DNA from: Lepidodermella squamata
Lineage: Eukaryota; Animalia; Gastrotricha
NCBI GenBank assembly: GCA_047495785.1
Contig: JBLDXI010000017.1
Coordinates: 2,852,001-2,916,000 of the forward strand
Length of the DNA: 64,000 nt
Reading direction: 5' to 3'
Under the pieces are notes generated by a model. That model was not told the DNA's origin. It did no database searches and was given only the letters and a program-made list of their open reading frames with translations. Positions 1 to 12,470 of this stretch are shown here, piece after piece (position 1 is the stretch's first letter; every line of letters begins with the position of its first letter). A program made the translations under genes and the position numbers.

Positions 1-316
1 TTACATAACGAGCGCGATAACGTGAGCCAAAACTAAATCACGGCACACGTGTCGGCGGTGTGCACCCGCTCGAGTCGTAAAAAAAATTGGCCATTAAAAG
101 ACTAATTCAGCCTAACAATTGCCACTGAAATGAGATTGCTCAGATTCAACCCTAATAGCAATAAAGTTTAAGGTGGACAATAATCCAACTAAAAATTGAC
201 CAATTTACCAGCTGTTAGAAAAATGCGAAAAACTGGGCATATTTCCGGCGTATCTCACAACTATTTTCTCGTAGTACATAGTAACCAAGCTGATAAGAGT
301 GTGAAACACAGCTTAC

Positions 317-3300
317 CTGTCGGCTGAAACGGTGACGAATCGCTTTAGGTCGGGTAAGAACTTGACGCCAGTAATCTGTTCGCTATGGCCAGATGTTGTA
401 GCCAACACCTCGCCGGTGTAAAAGTCGACAATTGACACTGTTTTATCGCTGCAAGCAGCGGCAAACAGCGTGCCGGTTGGGTCGAGGCTGAAACGCACTA
501 GTGTCCCGTCCTCGGATGCAGAGCCGCGGTACTTGCACCGCAATTTGCCCGTCGCAATGCTAATCACGCGAATCATGCGGTCCTGGCAGGCAACGGCAAC
601 AAATCGCTGCGTTGGCTCCGTCTCCATGTCGTACAAAGTCGATTTGTTGCCAACGTTGTTAGACAACGAGAACTGGCCGACGCACATCGAGCCGTTGTGC
701 TGGTTAACATTCACATCGGCCGAGCGAATTAAGATGGATTTATCGGCAGAACACGACATGAGCAACATCTGCAATTTCTCCTCGCCTGCGTTCGAGCCAT
801 TAGACGCGCCGTTTGTTGCCTGAACAGCCGGCGTGACTTTCTGCGAGAATTTAAGCGCCGTGATAGACGACGAGTGATCAGTGTCGAAAGTTTGATGAAT
901 CGAGTAGTTATCAGCCGCATTCAGCACGTGGACGTACCGATCACGGCCGCCTGATGCTAACATCAGCGGCCCATCGACCCCTCGCGAGTATTCTAGGGCC
1001 AGAATTTCGCCATCATGTGCCTCAACGGTCACGTCGTTGTTAAAATTATTGTGGATGTTGTACACCTTAATATTTCCGGCTCGAAGGCCAGCGCAGATGT
1101 GACTGCCGTCTGGGCTAACGGTAACGCACCTAACTCCGCGATTATCAGTCGGCAAAGGAGGTGCGCTGCCAGTTGATGGGGTCGATGCGGTTGAAGACGA
1201 GCCAAACGGCACGAATCCCGAAATGGAAGATGGGTTTGGCCCTATTGCTCCCATGTTACTTTCAGTTCCGCCGATCCCCGCGTTAGCTAGAGACTCGTTG
1301 TCACAGAGATTTGCATAGTTTGAGTCGACGTAAATAATTTTCAGCAATTCCTGTACAAAGTTGAAAGGTTCAGTCATAGCTCAATCTCAAAAAAATCCGC
1401 ATAATGAGGCGGAAAAGGTTTGTTTGCTCTCATAAAAAAACCGCTTTAGCAATTACAAGCGAATCCGGTACTTGACCCAAAATCAATATTCGTGATCCAA
1501 ATCATTGTCTAGAATTTTCATTTTTTCCAATCCTATTTTCCGTCATTTTTTATCCAGCTTAGATATTATAATCGTTTGCTGAAAATTCCCGCATAATTAT
1601 AGAAATATGCCTTACCTTGCTGAACGGATTTCTGAATGCCTGGTTGCCAGCCATGTGTGTCGGACTGGAAGAGTCAGCCATGTTCCAAATTCTGACAGTA
1701 TCATCGCCCGAGCATGTAATGAAGCTATCCGATGGCAGCAAACCTTGTTCCGCATCAGCCGGAAACACCTACGCAATAGTATCGCATTTCAATTAATTAT
1801 CACACAATGATAACATCAAGTTTGGCAATGCACCAATATCAGGTAAATAAACCAACTAAATACTTACGTCAATCCCCCAAATTTTTGAGGAGTGGAAGAG
1901 CCATGAAGCCGCCTTAGTAACGCGGTCCAAATCTGTGACATTCCAAACGTAGACCGAGTGATCCGAGTAGGTCGCAGCGATACGGCTGTCACCGAGCCAC
2001 ACCAGGGCTATAGTATCGGCGCAAACCTGGGTATCAGGTTCGTCGCCGTAAACGTAGCTCGTGTCGTTGAGACGAGATGTCAAATCAACACCGAGCTTGT
2101 GAGGGCGAGGTAGCATGCCAACGTAGTCGAGCGTCGATCCGTTGAAGACGCGAATCGTGCCGTTGGCGCAACCGACGTACAGCAGACCGTCGTCGAGGTT
2201 AGCAGCGATGCAGTACGCTCGCTTCGTTTTGATAGCGTAAGTATTGAGAAGTTGGCGATTTTCCGCGTTGAACTGGCACAAAATACCAGAATGAGTAACA
2301 ACCACAAGTGAGCGTTCGTTCGGGTAGACTGCACACGCGAAGTTATTATTTTGCAAATCACCGAGCGGTGCGATTTTGCCCAACAGCGGCACAGCTTCGG
2401 CCGGTGCTGCTCCAGGCAATTTTTGCGGTAATTGCAGGTACCAGAAGCGAACGTGGCGAACGCCGACCGAAACAGCATGACTCGAGTCGGGCGCAAAGCA
2501 CAGTGCATTTACCCTCTGTGTGTTTTTGTTAGACGCTACTTTGATGCCAGTCTTCCAGTTCCACACATTTATCATGTTATCGAACTGGTTGCCGATTGAA
2601 AACAGGTATTTGCCATTAGGCGAGAATGCAACACACGGAACAGAGAACTTGTGATCCACCAGCTCTGCCACTTGTTGAGCTGTTTCAATGTCCCAAACGC
2701 GCACAGCAGGGGCGTGGCCAGACTATTTCAGATTCACATTTTTATTTATTTTCAATCAATTTTCGTGTTATTCTTCTTACTTCTCCCGATGCAATATGCC
2801 TGCCATCGGAGCAGAAAGACAGAGAAACGATTGTTTTCTTAGAGGCATTGGTGAGGTGGGTCTGTTTGTTTCGCTTGACGTCGACAATCACAATAACACA
2901 TCTGTTGAAAAAAGCGAGGGTTATTGACAGAATTATCAATTACACACGCGTAATCGCAAAATGTTATTATATTATCGCTTAATGAAAGGACATTGAGCCA
3001 GGTTCTCTCTCTCTCTTCATCTGAGGCTGCACTAATAAACGGCCGGCCACAGAGAAGCGGGAGCAGAGCGTCTATTTACGTTTCGACGTCATTTCAATTT
3101 GTTCTTTCGGCTGCAATATAGGTATAAGCAGCTATCAACAGCCCGTGGTTGGGCTTTGTCTGTAAACAACTCGCAAGTTAGCAATTCGCCGATGAGAGAT
3201 GGACCGCGAGAGAGCGCGCGAAGGTACTATTATTATCTCCGCTGCAACAACACCACAACAACAACGAAATCTACCTAGTACTACTACTACATGGATGAAA

Positions 3301-4571
3301 ACTACCCAGCCTCACGGGCAAACAACACGAACAACATTTCTGGCGAATAAATGCGCAGACAATGAAGGCAGCGTGATATATTAGACCCTAAAATATAGGA
3401 CCCGCATAGTTCTGAACACCTTCATACACACGCCGCGTGCGTTATTGCCGGACGGCATGCAAAGCTTGTCCAGTATTAAGGCATCTCTGGTGGTTGTAGT
3501 GGTGGGACTGCGGCTACGGCACATTGAAGCCTATTCATACCCTTAAATATATATCACCAGCATTACTACCACTAGTTTAATGATGATTACAGCGGTAATA
3601 ACAACAATAATGCGTACGTGGAAAAGCAAATTAAGACTTGGTGTCAATTTGCACATTACCTGCCGCACAAAATGTCCCAGTTTGGCGCGGGGTACTTCTC
3701 GGTCACTGCCTATCTAGCATTATTAATGAGGGAGCAATCGCACCCGAGTACGCTAAAAGCAGCTCAAACAGGCGCTAGCTAGCCTTTTATAGCACACAAT
3801 AGCAATAGTTATTATATTGCTATTACTGCATCAGTCGCAGCCATTCGCAAGGAAAAAAACATGGCAGCAGCTAAACGGATTTGCGACGATCTCGAACATC
3901 TTAGTGCGCATTTGGGCTCATTTCCACGCATTGTAAGAAAACATTTGAAAAACCAAGTATTATGCAATGGTGTTATAACGCAAACACTGCTAATGTTTCT
4001 GCTTAGACAGCCGCACAACGCCCGGTTTCTAATATGAAAATAAATGAAATAACGCCGCTTCGTCCGCCGTCTTATTATTATAATGAGAGCTGTGCGACAC
4101 ACACCGGGATGAATTTCCAGACTAACAAAGCAAACCATAATTGCTGCAAACGTGCCAGCAATAGCAAGCGACGGTTTGATATACAACACAATGACGTGCT
4201 GCCGACAAGATAATAAGAGTGACAATAAATGTTACAATGCTGTGGCATAATCCCAACATCACAAGCCAATAACAAATGGGGCGTTTCGAGCACGATGCCC
4301 CTCCGGCAGAGTGGTAAACTCTTGAAAGTCTATGAAAAACGAAAAATAACTCACCCAGCTGGGTAGGCCAAGAGGCCAGACTCAGGATGACTTGCGAAAG
4401 CAGAATTGGAGCAGGTTGTGATGCCAAAAACTCGGTCGAGAAAAACCTGAATGATAATTGACGGATGTTCGTAAAAACGTAAATAATTGAAGACACAATT
4501 TTTACCTTCTCTGTCGAGCTACTGACTTCGGCCCGTGCCTTTCTTTTCAGTGAAGGTACTGTTCTAATCAT
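317..4571 (-). CDS. WDR62: WD40 protein WDR62/MAPKBP1 homolog, 5' part (continues past window start)
   Basis: ATG 4571 (MIRTVPSLKRK); exons approx. 4571-4506, 4446-4355 (VFLDRVFGITT..LLAYPAG), 2901-2779 (SKKTIVSLSFCSDGRHIASGE), 2722-1868, ~1768-1615 (SFITCSGDDTVRIWN), ~1350-317 (EAHDGEILALEYS, LASGGRDR, GHSEQITGVKF). Motifs match the WDR62/MAPKBP1 family; canonical GT-AG junctions. Confidence 0.9.
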
Positions 4572-4851
4572 CGCTTAAGCTCATATTTATAGCGGAGCCT
4601 TGTTATCGATTATTCAACCGGGCATTAACAATACAGTCTAAAAATGCAAAAGTTTGTCAATTTCATTTGAATTCGTTTCAATTTATCAGAAATCATGCAA
4701 AAATCAGTATCAAACTTAACAAATTAATTGAGCAGATGAAGAAGAGCATTCATAAGCTTTTAAGACACGAAGTCGAAAAATAAAAATGAAAAGCCCGAAT
4801 CGAATTTAAAAGGATTAGCGCGTAAAATTGGTCGAGTGCTTATTGAGCATA

Positions 4852-5223
4852 TCAAGTACGGGAGTATTCAACCATCTCCGGCCAGTTGTAGCTCCACATG
4901 CCTTCAAAAGCATATTGATCACAAATGGCCGCACATTCGGGAGGGGCAAAGCAGTCGGCGCAGTTTGCAGAAAACGTGAATATGCCATTTTTAACGCAGG
5001 AGTAACGACAAGCGAAATAACTTCCACACACGAGGCCACAAATGGGATCGTCTTGAAGCCATGAAATACGTGAATCTGCATTGGGAACTGGAGCATCCAT
5101 CTCGACGACAGCCCCTCCGATTAATTCGGGGTCGTCCAGCGTGTTATCAGCAAGCACCAAACCGTTTACTGTTATAAGCCACACGAAAGCGGCCGCAACA
5201 AATGAGAGAACGGCTATCGTCAT
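4852..5223 (-). CDS. Orphan secreted cysteine-rich peptide precursor (123 aa)
   Basis: Single-exon ORF from ATG 5223: hydrophobic signal peptide (MTIAVLSFVAAAFVWLITVNGLVLA), acidic spacer, then C-x3-C-x5-C-x3-C-x11-C-x2-C-x5-C-x3-C. No family recognised. Confidence 0.65.
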   Translation of the reverse strand: MTIAVLSFVAAAFVWLITVNGLVLADNTLDDPELIGGAVVEMDAPVPNADSRISWLQDDPICGLVCGSYFACRYSCVKNGIFTFSANCADCFAPPECAAICDQYAFEGMWSYNWPEMVEYSRT

Positions 5224-6560
5224 ATTACATTTAGCAGAAGCGAGACCGAACTCCAAATATGACTAGTAACGTTAATAGTGCCCCTAGAATCGTATACAAA
5301 TCCGATATAAAGAAGATATTATCAATCAGTCAGACTATCTGCTAAATAAAATAAAAGGGCTCAATCAAATTATTACTTGGAAATAAGGCGTTCCAAGCCT
5401 ACCACACTTTGGCGAGACTTAGGACTTGGGATGTAAGTCTCACGTTTGAAATATTTCAGGTAACAGAGGTGGAAATCATATAGAATCTAGGTAAATGAGA
5501 ACAGGCTATGCCTGTGCGATATTGCAGAGTAATGTTTCCTGGTAAAATCACAGTAAATAATATAAAGGTTGCAGTGTCTTCCTAGACACGCATCACTACG
5601 TACAGACACTGGACTATCAATAATATTACCCCGCTATTGATCTTGTTAGATGTAGCTGTTTTTGCACAACAGTTTTGTAAATCAGTAATTTTAATAAACT
5701 TTTGCAAGCCTAAAATATTTAGCGGCTGAGGATATTGAAAAGTGGCATAAGATAAAGGAATCCTCAAATCCTCGATTCCATAGAAGAGCTGACAAATAGA
5801 AGCAGAACTCTCAAAAAGAAAAGTTAAGAAAAAATGCTAAAAAGCTCAAAACTTGAAGGCCAACGAGTTCACGGAAGATTGGCTTTTCCCGACGACGAAA
5901 AGTGCAAACCGTTCTCACTCACTTTGACTTTTTTTGCGCGCGCAAAACATTTTAAAACATTTTTGCAAAACATTATCGGCGACAGAATTAGGCAAAATTT
6001 GTATTAATTTCTTTCAGCCCGTAAAATTCATAAAAATATATGTCGAAAAATAATAATTTGATCAAAATGATTCAGAAGATTTCTGCCCGCCTTAGTTTTA
6101 GCTTCGCGAAAAGCATCGGAATGGGATCACTTTCTTGACGCCTTCTCTTTTCCACCTGCTGCTTTCGTCGCTACTTCGTCATCTTGAGGTGTAGGATCCT
6201 TCAGAAAGTAGCCGAAAATAAGCAAGATTGGATTTGCACGTCTTTGCTCTTCACTAGCAATCTGCAAAATGCGGGAACTCAGCAACCTTTCGTGCCCAAG
6301 CGAAATTGACGGGTTCCCCATTGTAGCAACAGCTCCAAGATCATACCACATACCAGGGATAATAATTTGCAATTAGGTGCTTTGATTATTTTTATTAAAT
6401 TGGCTTATTCTCGCTTGGGAAAGAAGCAAAATTTTCCATTGGCAGCTTCACAGTTTGATTAGTATGATGTGACGGGCTATTTGCTGTCTGCTATCTGAAA
6501 TAATATATATACTTGCTTGGTTACATTATTTTAGATTTGTAAACTATTTTGCTGATTGTC

Positions 6561-6842
6561 ATGTCATCGACTGCTCCTGCTGCTAGCGCTCCTCAGGAAA
6601 AGGACAAGCAGCAAAACAAAGATAAATCTGAAATGGCATTTCTGGAGGAAGATGATGAATTTGAAGAATTTCCCGCCGAAGAATGGACTGGCGCTGACGA
6701 AGATCACGAAGATGCCAACATCTGGGTTGAAACATGGGATGACGATGACGTTGAAGATGATTTCAACCAGCAACTTCGCACCGAACTCGAAAAAGCTGCA
6801 AAGCAGACCGCTGGTTCTGGCCCCAAACCTATGCAAATGTGA
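6561..6842 (+). CDS. SEM1: 26S proteasome subunit SEM1/DSS1
   Basis: [15 protein letters not shown]...[22 protein letters not shown] is the DSS1/SEM1 signature; ATG at 6561. Confidence 0.97.
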   Translation: MSSTAPAASAPQEKDKQQNKDKSEMAFLEEDDEFEEFPAEEWTGADEDHEDANIWVETWDDDDVEDDFNQQLRTELEKAAKQTAGSGPKPMQM

Positions 6843-7030
6843 TCTAACATTTTTCCTTTCTCGGTGTTTTCGTGGATTAAACTTTTTCATTGTCATTCCT
6901 AAGCACACGTTCTAAACGTATGATCATCAGAATTATTAGTTAACTGTCTAATCAGCTCGGAAAAATTATGATAAAGACAAAACAATATTTTTACTTGATA
7001 GGTAGCTTTGAAAAATAATAACATTTTACA

Positions 7031-7824
7031 ATGGGGGCGTCGCAGAGCGTACAGACTGCGATTGTCAACAAGCTGACGCCAATACAGCGCGATATCTTGC
7101 GCATGAACAAAGTCACTTACGGGGACGTGGTCAACTTTCTTGAGATCCTAAACTCACTGTAAGATTAAATTCATTTATTCATTTCTAATTCATGTTCAGC
7201 TGTTTTTTCTTTGAAGGATGAAAGACGTTTCTGAAAATGAACCTAGTGTCATTTCCTTTCGCATAATGAACCCAAACGTCCAAAATATTGTCATATGGAA
7301 ACTTGTATTGAGAATATGCTGCCTTCGAGTAAGTAAATTTGTTGAAGTCTGATTTTATTGTAGTAAGAAACTGTTTTTAGACTTTGAAACGAGACGGCAA
7401 AGTCCAATCGAAGCGTATTTTGACGCTACACCAATTTATGAGGCTATACGATGACATGGTCTACCAAGTCGCAACGCTAGATTTGCCCCGATTTTCCAGT
7501 CAACTATTCAACAGCGCATCAAATATGAACATATCTATGGTTGGTGCACCAGCGGAACAGCCATCGGAATGCCCTATTTGCTGGGAAAATCCTCCTGATG
7601 TCGTCCTAGCATGTACTCACGCATATTGTCACACTTGTATAAAGCAATGGAACCGCGAGTGTCCGTTATGTCGGAATGAATCTGATATTGACGCCGATAG
7701 CTGGCAGTGTATTGAATTGAGTGATTTGAATGAAGTGCCAACCGAGTCTGAACAAGCCGAATTAGCTCAGCAACGCAATCGAGTTTTGATTGGGCTTGCT
7801 GACAAGGCCGGTGAACCGATGTGA
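7031..7824 (+). CDS. RNF141: RING finger protein 141
   Basis: Exons 7031-7158, 7217-7328, 7381-7824; N-terminal MGASQS myristoylation-type motif, WKLVLRICC..RILTLHQF, C3HC4 RING (CPIC..CTHAYCHTC..CPLC), C-terminal ADKAGEP, as in RNF141. Confidence 0.85.
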
Positions 7825-8005
7825 AGCTAACTTATTTTTTTCGGTGATGATGTTTTTGTCTTTTCGCTAATCATTTGAGGCTTGTCAGGTTTTATAATAT
7901 TTTACTGAAAGTCTCAGCTTTGTTATAGAAAATGAATGTAACCTAACTTGTTTTCAAATGTTGTTATTTAGGTTTATATTTAAGGTTTGTATTTAACTGT
8001 TGAAA

Positions 8006-10177
8006 ATGGTCGCTTCCAAGCCATCCAAGGCCGAGAACCAGGAACGTAGGGGCACTGAGATCCGCTACAGCAACATGACCGCTGTGAAAGCCGTATCCGA
8101 TGCCATCCGCACCAGCTTGGGCCCTCGCGGTATGGACAAGATGATCAAGTCCGGATCTGGTGAAGTCACCATCACCAATGACGGTGCGACGATCTTGAAG
8201 GAAATGAAGGTCCACCACCCTGCCGCGAAAATGATGGTCGAGCTGGCGAAGGCGCAAGACATTGAAGCTGGAGACGGTACCACCACCGTCGTCGTCATCG
8301 CCGGCAGCCTTCTTGACCAGGCTGCCAAGTTGCTGGAGAAGGGTCTCCACCCTAGCATAATCTCGGACGCTTTTGGCCGTGCTGCTCAGGAGTGCATCAG
8401 GATTCTCGACACGATGAGCGTTCCCCTGAAGCTGACAGACCGCGAATCGTTGATCAAGTCCGCCTCCACCGCTCTCAACTCTAAGGTAGTGTCTCAGTAT
8501 TCGCAGATTCTCGCACCGTTGTGCGTCGAGGCCATCCTCAAGGTCATCGACATGAACGCAACCAACGTTGATCTTCGCAACATCAAAATCATCCAGAAAC
8601 TGGGTGGCACCGTCGAAGACACTGAATTGGTCGATGGTCTGGTCTTCAGCCAGAAGTTGAACACGCCCGAAATGCCGACCCGTGTCGAGAAGGCGAAGAT
8701 TGGTCTCATCCAGTTCTGCATCTCACCGCCAAAGACTGACATGGAGAACAAGGTCATCATCCAAGACTACGCCCAGATGGACCGTGCCCTGAAGGACGAG
8801 CGTAACTACATCTTGAACATTGTCAAGCACATCAAGAAGACCGGTTGCTCGGTTCTGTTGATTCAGAAGTCGATCCTCCGCGATGCCACCAACGATTTGG
8901 CCCTGCATTTCTTGGCCAAGTCGAAGATCATGGTCATTCATGACGTTGAGCGTGATGACATTGAATTCGTTTGCAAGGTCACCGGCTGCCGCCCCGCTGC
9001 TAGCTTGGACCATTTCACTCCGGAGATTCTCGGCACGGCTGACCTGGTCGAGGAGATCCCGACCCCGTCCGGCAAGATCGTCAAGGTCACCGGCGTGCCA
9101 AACCCTGGAAAAGGTGTCTCGATCTTGGTCCGCGGCTCAAACAAGCTGGTCATCGACGAGGCTGACCGTTCGATCCACGACGCCCTGTGCGTCATCCGCT
9201 GCTTGGTCAAGAAGCGTGCGCTGATTGCTGGAGGCGGTGCCCCTGAGATCGAAATGGCCCTGCGTCTGCAGCAGAAGTCGCACACGCTCGCTTCGGGTAT
9301 GGAGCAATATTGCTGGAGAGCTTTCGCCGACGCCCTTGAGGTTGTGCCATACACGCTGGCTGAGAACGCCGGCTTGAATGCCATTGAGACCGTCACCGAG
9401 CTGCGCAATCGCCATGCTGCTGGCGAGAAGACTGCTGGTATCAACGTTCGCAAGGTAAATTGGACAAAAATGAATTATATTTACATATTCAACCCGTTAA
9501 TTGACGTGATGCTAATGGTTACCTATATCAATTGAGCCTCTAGTTACTCTTGCCAGTGGGTAAACGAATTAGGCCAACCACTCTTAAGCTATACTTCCAG
9601 CCTCCTTAACCGCCACATTTGACAATCTTCTTTGGCGATGTTCGGTGGAATTATATAACGAAACGGTCTGGCTAGTTTCGCTTCCTAATCCTTCATTTTT
9701 GATCATTATGACGCGGAAGATTTTTGTCCCGTAATGAGGGTAGTTTGGAGAACCAGAGAGATGGGTTAGGAAGAGGATATTAGGAAATGTAAGAAGAATA
9801 CCATGCGGCCACAATTCTAAATGGAGGAAATTCCCATCCGGTCTTACTCATTTTTTTCAATAGTCCCTACAGGATACTGAAAAATTGATCATGAATTCTC
9901 ATTCAATTTCCGAGTAGAGAAGCTTTTATTATTCCTAATATTGCTAGCTGAAAATAGATAGGCGTCCCAAATTTTGAGGAATGAAAAAATCGGAAATTTA
10001 TTTATGCCTATATTTTAATCTTTTTTCTTTTATTATCAGAGCGCCATTACCAACATTTTGGACGAGAACGTTATTCAGCCGCTGTTGGTTTCCCAATCGG
10101 CGATTAATCTTGCGACGGAGACGATTCGCTCGATTCTGAAGATCGACGACGTGGTCAACGCTGCCCACCGTGTTTAA
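8006..10177 (+). CDS. CCT4: T-complex protein 1 subunit delta (CCT4)
   Basis: Exons 8006-9454 and 10040-10177; chaperonin motifs [25 protein letters not shown]; delta-type [17 protein letters not shown]; ends ILKIDDVVN. Confidence 0.96.
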
Positions 10178-10574
10178 GGTCCCAGTCATTAGTCAAGAAG
10201 TTGCGCGGACATGACGAGGCATGACACTAGTATATATCGACAGGAAATATAACTCACGAATATGCACTGACACTTGAATCATTACCAAGATGTGAATGCT
10301 TGTAAATTTAGGTTATCAACCACATATTATTGTGATCCTTTGCTGCTGCTGTTATAGTCACACGAAAAAAATAACGAAAAAACCGGGGTGTTATTCTGTG
10401 ATATTTGCCCCATCTTGTCGAGTTCTGTATGCGAGATGAATATCAAGCAAATAAAACGCATTGAGTTTATGCACGAAGTTGAAAAATCGTCGCTTTATTG
10501 TTGTTTCTTTTCGTCGAAAAATCAGCATTAAAAAACATAACAAGAGAAAGAAAAATTGAATCAACAAAGAAAAG

Positions 10575-12470
10575 CTAAAGAGAGATTCCTGCCCACTCCC
10601 GGTCGTCGTTTTTGTTGACCCGGCCGCGTATCGAAGAGTAACGACCGATGTGTTGAAAGAGATTCGGCTCAGTGAGATACGATGGCAGCGAGTGCGTCTC
10701 AGACAGTTGCCCGAACAGCATGTCATCACGAGCTTCGGCGTTTTGAATGCATCGGTTTTGTTCGAAAAATTGTATCACCTCGTCGACACTGTGCTTCGGG
10801 TACAGCACTGCAGTCATGCAGCAACTTGGCGCTGGTACCAGCGTCATGAAACGGTACGGGAAACGGGTCAGCGATTCGCTGAGACTCGAAATGATCGGCA
10901 GGTAAGTATTAGGGCGGCCCAGGGCCAGAAAGACAAGCGCAAAGAAAAACAGCCATTTAACAAAATGATAACAGTCAAACGTTTTCGCAAACATGAAGTC
11001 AATTTTGCTATGAAACGCCGAACTTCGATTATGCAGGATCTCTTTGCTAACCGAGCTTGGCGGCGGAGAACTTTTCAGCTCATCAGGTTCCGGACTGGTT
11101 CGTTTCGCCGACTTTGAATCGCCGCGAAACTCTGGCAATGACAGCATATAGGCAGCTCGGCTAAGCAGCAAAACAAGTAACGAGGCAAGAGCCGCTAAGG
11201 CTAAGAGTTGAGGCAAGCGTTCCGGCTGCAAGTTGTGATAGCCAAGAAAAACATCAGGATGGTGCAGCTTCACCATGAAAACAGGCGGACGGCCGAAAAA
11301 GTTGTCGTGGTTGCGTTTAACGTCGTCGGATCCGTATTCAAAGCGATCGATTCGGTTGATGACAAGTTCGTGAAGTTGGAAGAAGAAATCTTTGCTTGGG
11401 ACAACGTCGTCCTCGAGTACCAACATGAATCTCGACATCATTTGTTCCTGGAAGAACCTCATGCAAAACGTGTAGTCCTGCTTCTGCTTCTCGTATCTGC
11501 TGTTGTAATCAAAAGGGCCCCAAGGTCCCATTCCAGTCACCTTAAAAAATTAAAGCTTAGGAGTTAATTTTCCAAATTTTAAATCAGACTACTTACGGTT
11601 CTTTTCGGATCTTCGCATGAATTCATGTAGGTTTCTTTGTCTTTTCGGGAGACACTGCTGATTTTAAGCCGGTTCGATAGCCATCTGAACTCGTGATGCT
11701 TATCGGGATCTTCATCGACATTGCACAGAACCATTCCAACCGAAAGTGACCTTTCCCGAAATTGAGCAACAATCGGTTTCGCCATTTTTACCTCGCGGTA
11801 TTGCCGGTATTTATCAACAAGCGATGCCGCTAATTGCGTCAGGTACTGCCGCGGATCTTTGTCACCCGGCTCGCGGTATTTGTCGCGAGAATACGTTATA
11901 ATGCCAATTGTCACGTCTTTAAAGCTCCGACTTTTCAGCTCGTTGGTAATATTTTGAAAGTCGATCATAATTCGATCGAGAATGTCAATCGATTGCCGAA
12001 GCCGTTCAATATTTTCGTCAACAATTTGTTCCGTCATATTTGACCCACGAGCAATGCGTTTCAAAATCTCCGACTTTTCAGTGTACCTATTAACAAATTT
12101 GATATTAAAATATTAATGACTTTCAATTCCGGGCTTACTCGCTCGAGTCGAACATTTCCTTGTACAGCGTGTTGGTGACTCCCATAGATATGAACGGAAG
12201 TATCAGCCCGAAGGTTAGAATATAAATTACAACAGTTCGAAACGACGGAATAACGAGGCGTAAATTTCGCGGATGTAAAAGCAGCGCGAAAATTTCTCCG
12301 AGTTCCGGCCATTCGGCGATCCACTCGCCAACTTGTGTCACGAAAAATTTAACTTCATGCTTGAGTGATAACAGCATCCATTTCAAGCGGTACACGAACT
12401 GGCAGACGGCGGTGAAAAACAGCGACAGAAAGACTTGGGCATTTGAGCGGGCGAAGATGTTAGATCTCAT
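10575..12470 (-). CDS. PGAP4: PGAP4/TMEM246-like GPI GalNAc-transferase, paralog A
   Basis: Exons 12470-12139, 12086-11597, 11540-10575; motifs EKQKQDY, LVLEDD, KLHHP, tandem TM segments, PAPSCC, EPNLFQHIGRYSSIR match PGAP4. Confidence 0.85.

Noticed and set aside
7844-7908. GTGATGA...CTGA resembling a C/D box snoRNA between RNF141 and CCT4
   Set aside because: No convincing terminal stem, and the would-be guide is AT-rich with no recognisable rRNA complement.
7964-9453. Long antisense and alternate-frame ORFs over CCT4 (likewise over groucho and the NRs)
   Set aside because: Shadow ORFs caused by GC-rich codon usage of the real genes.
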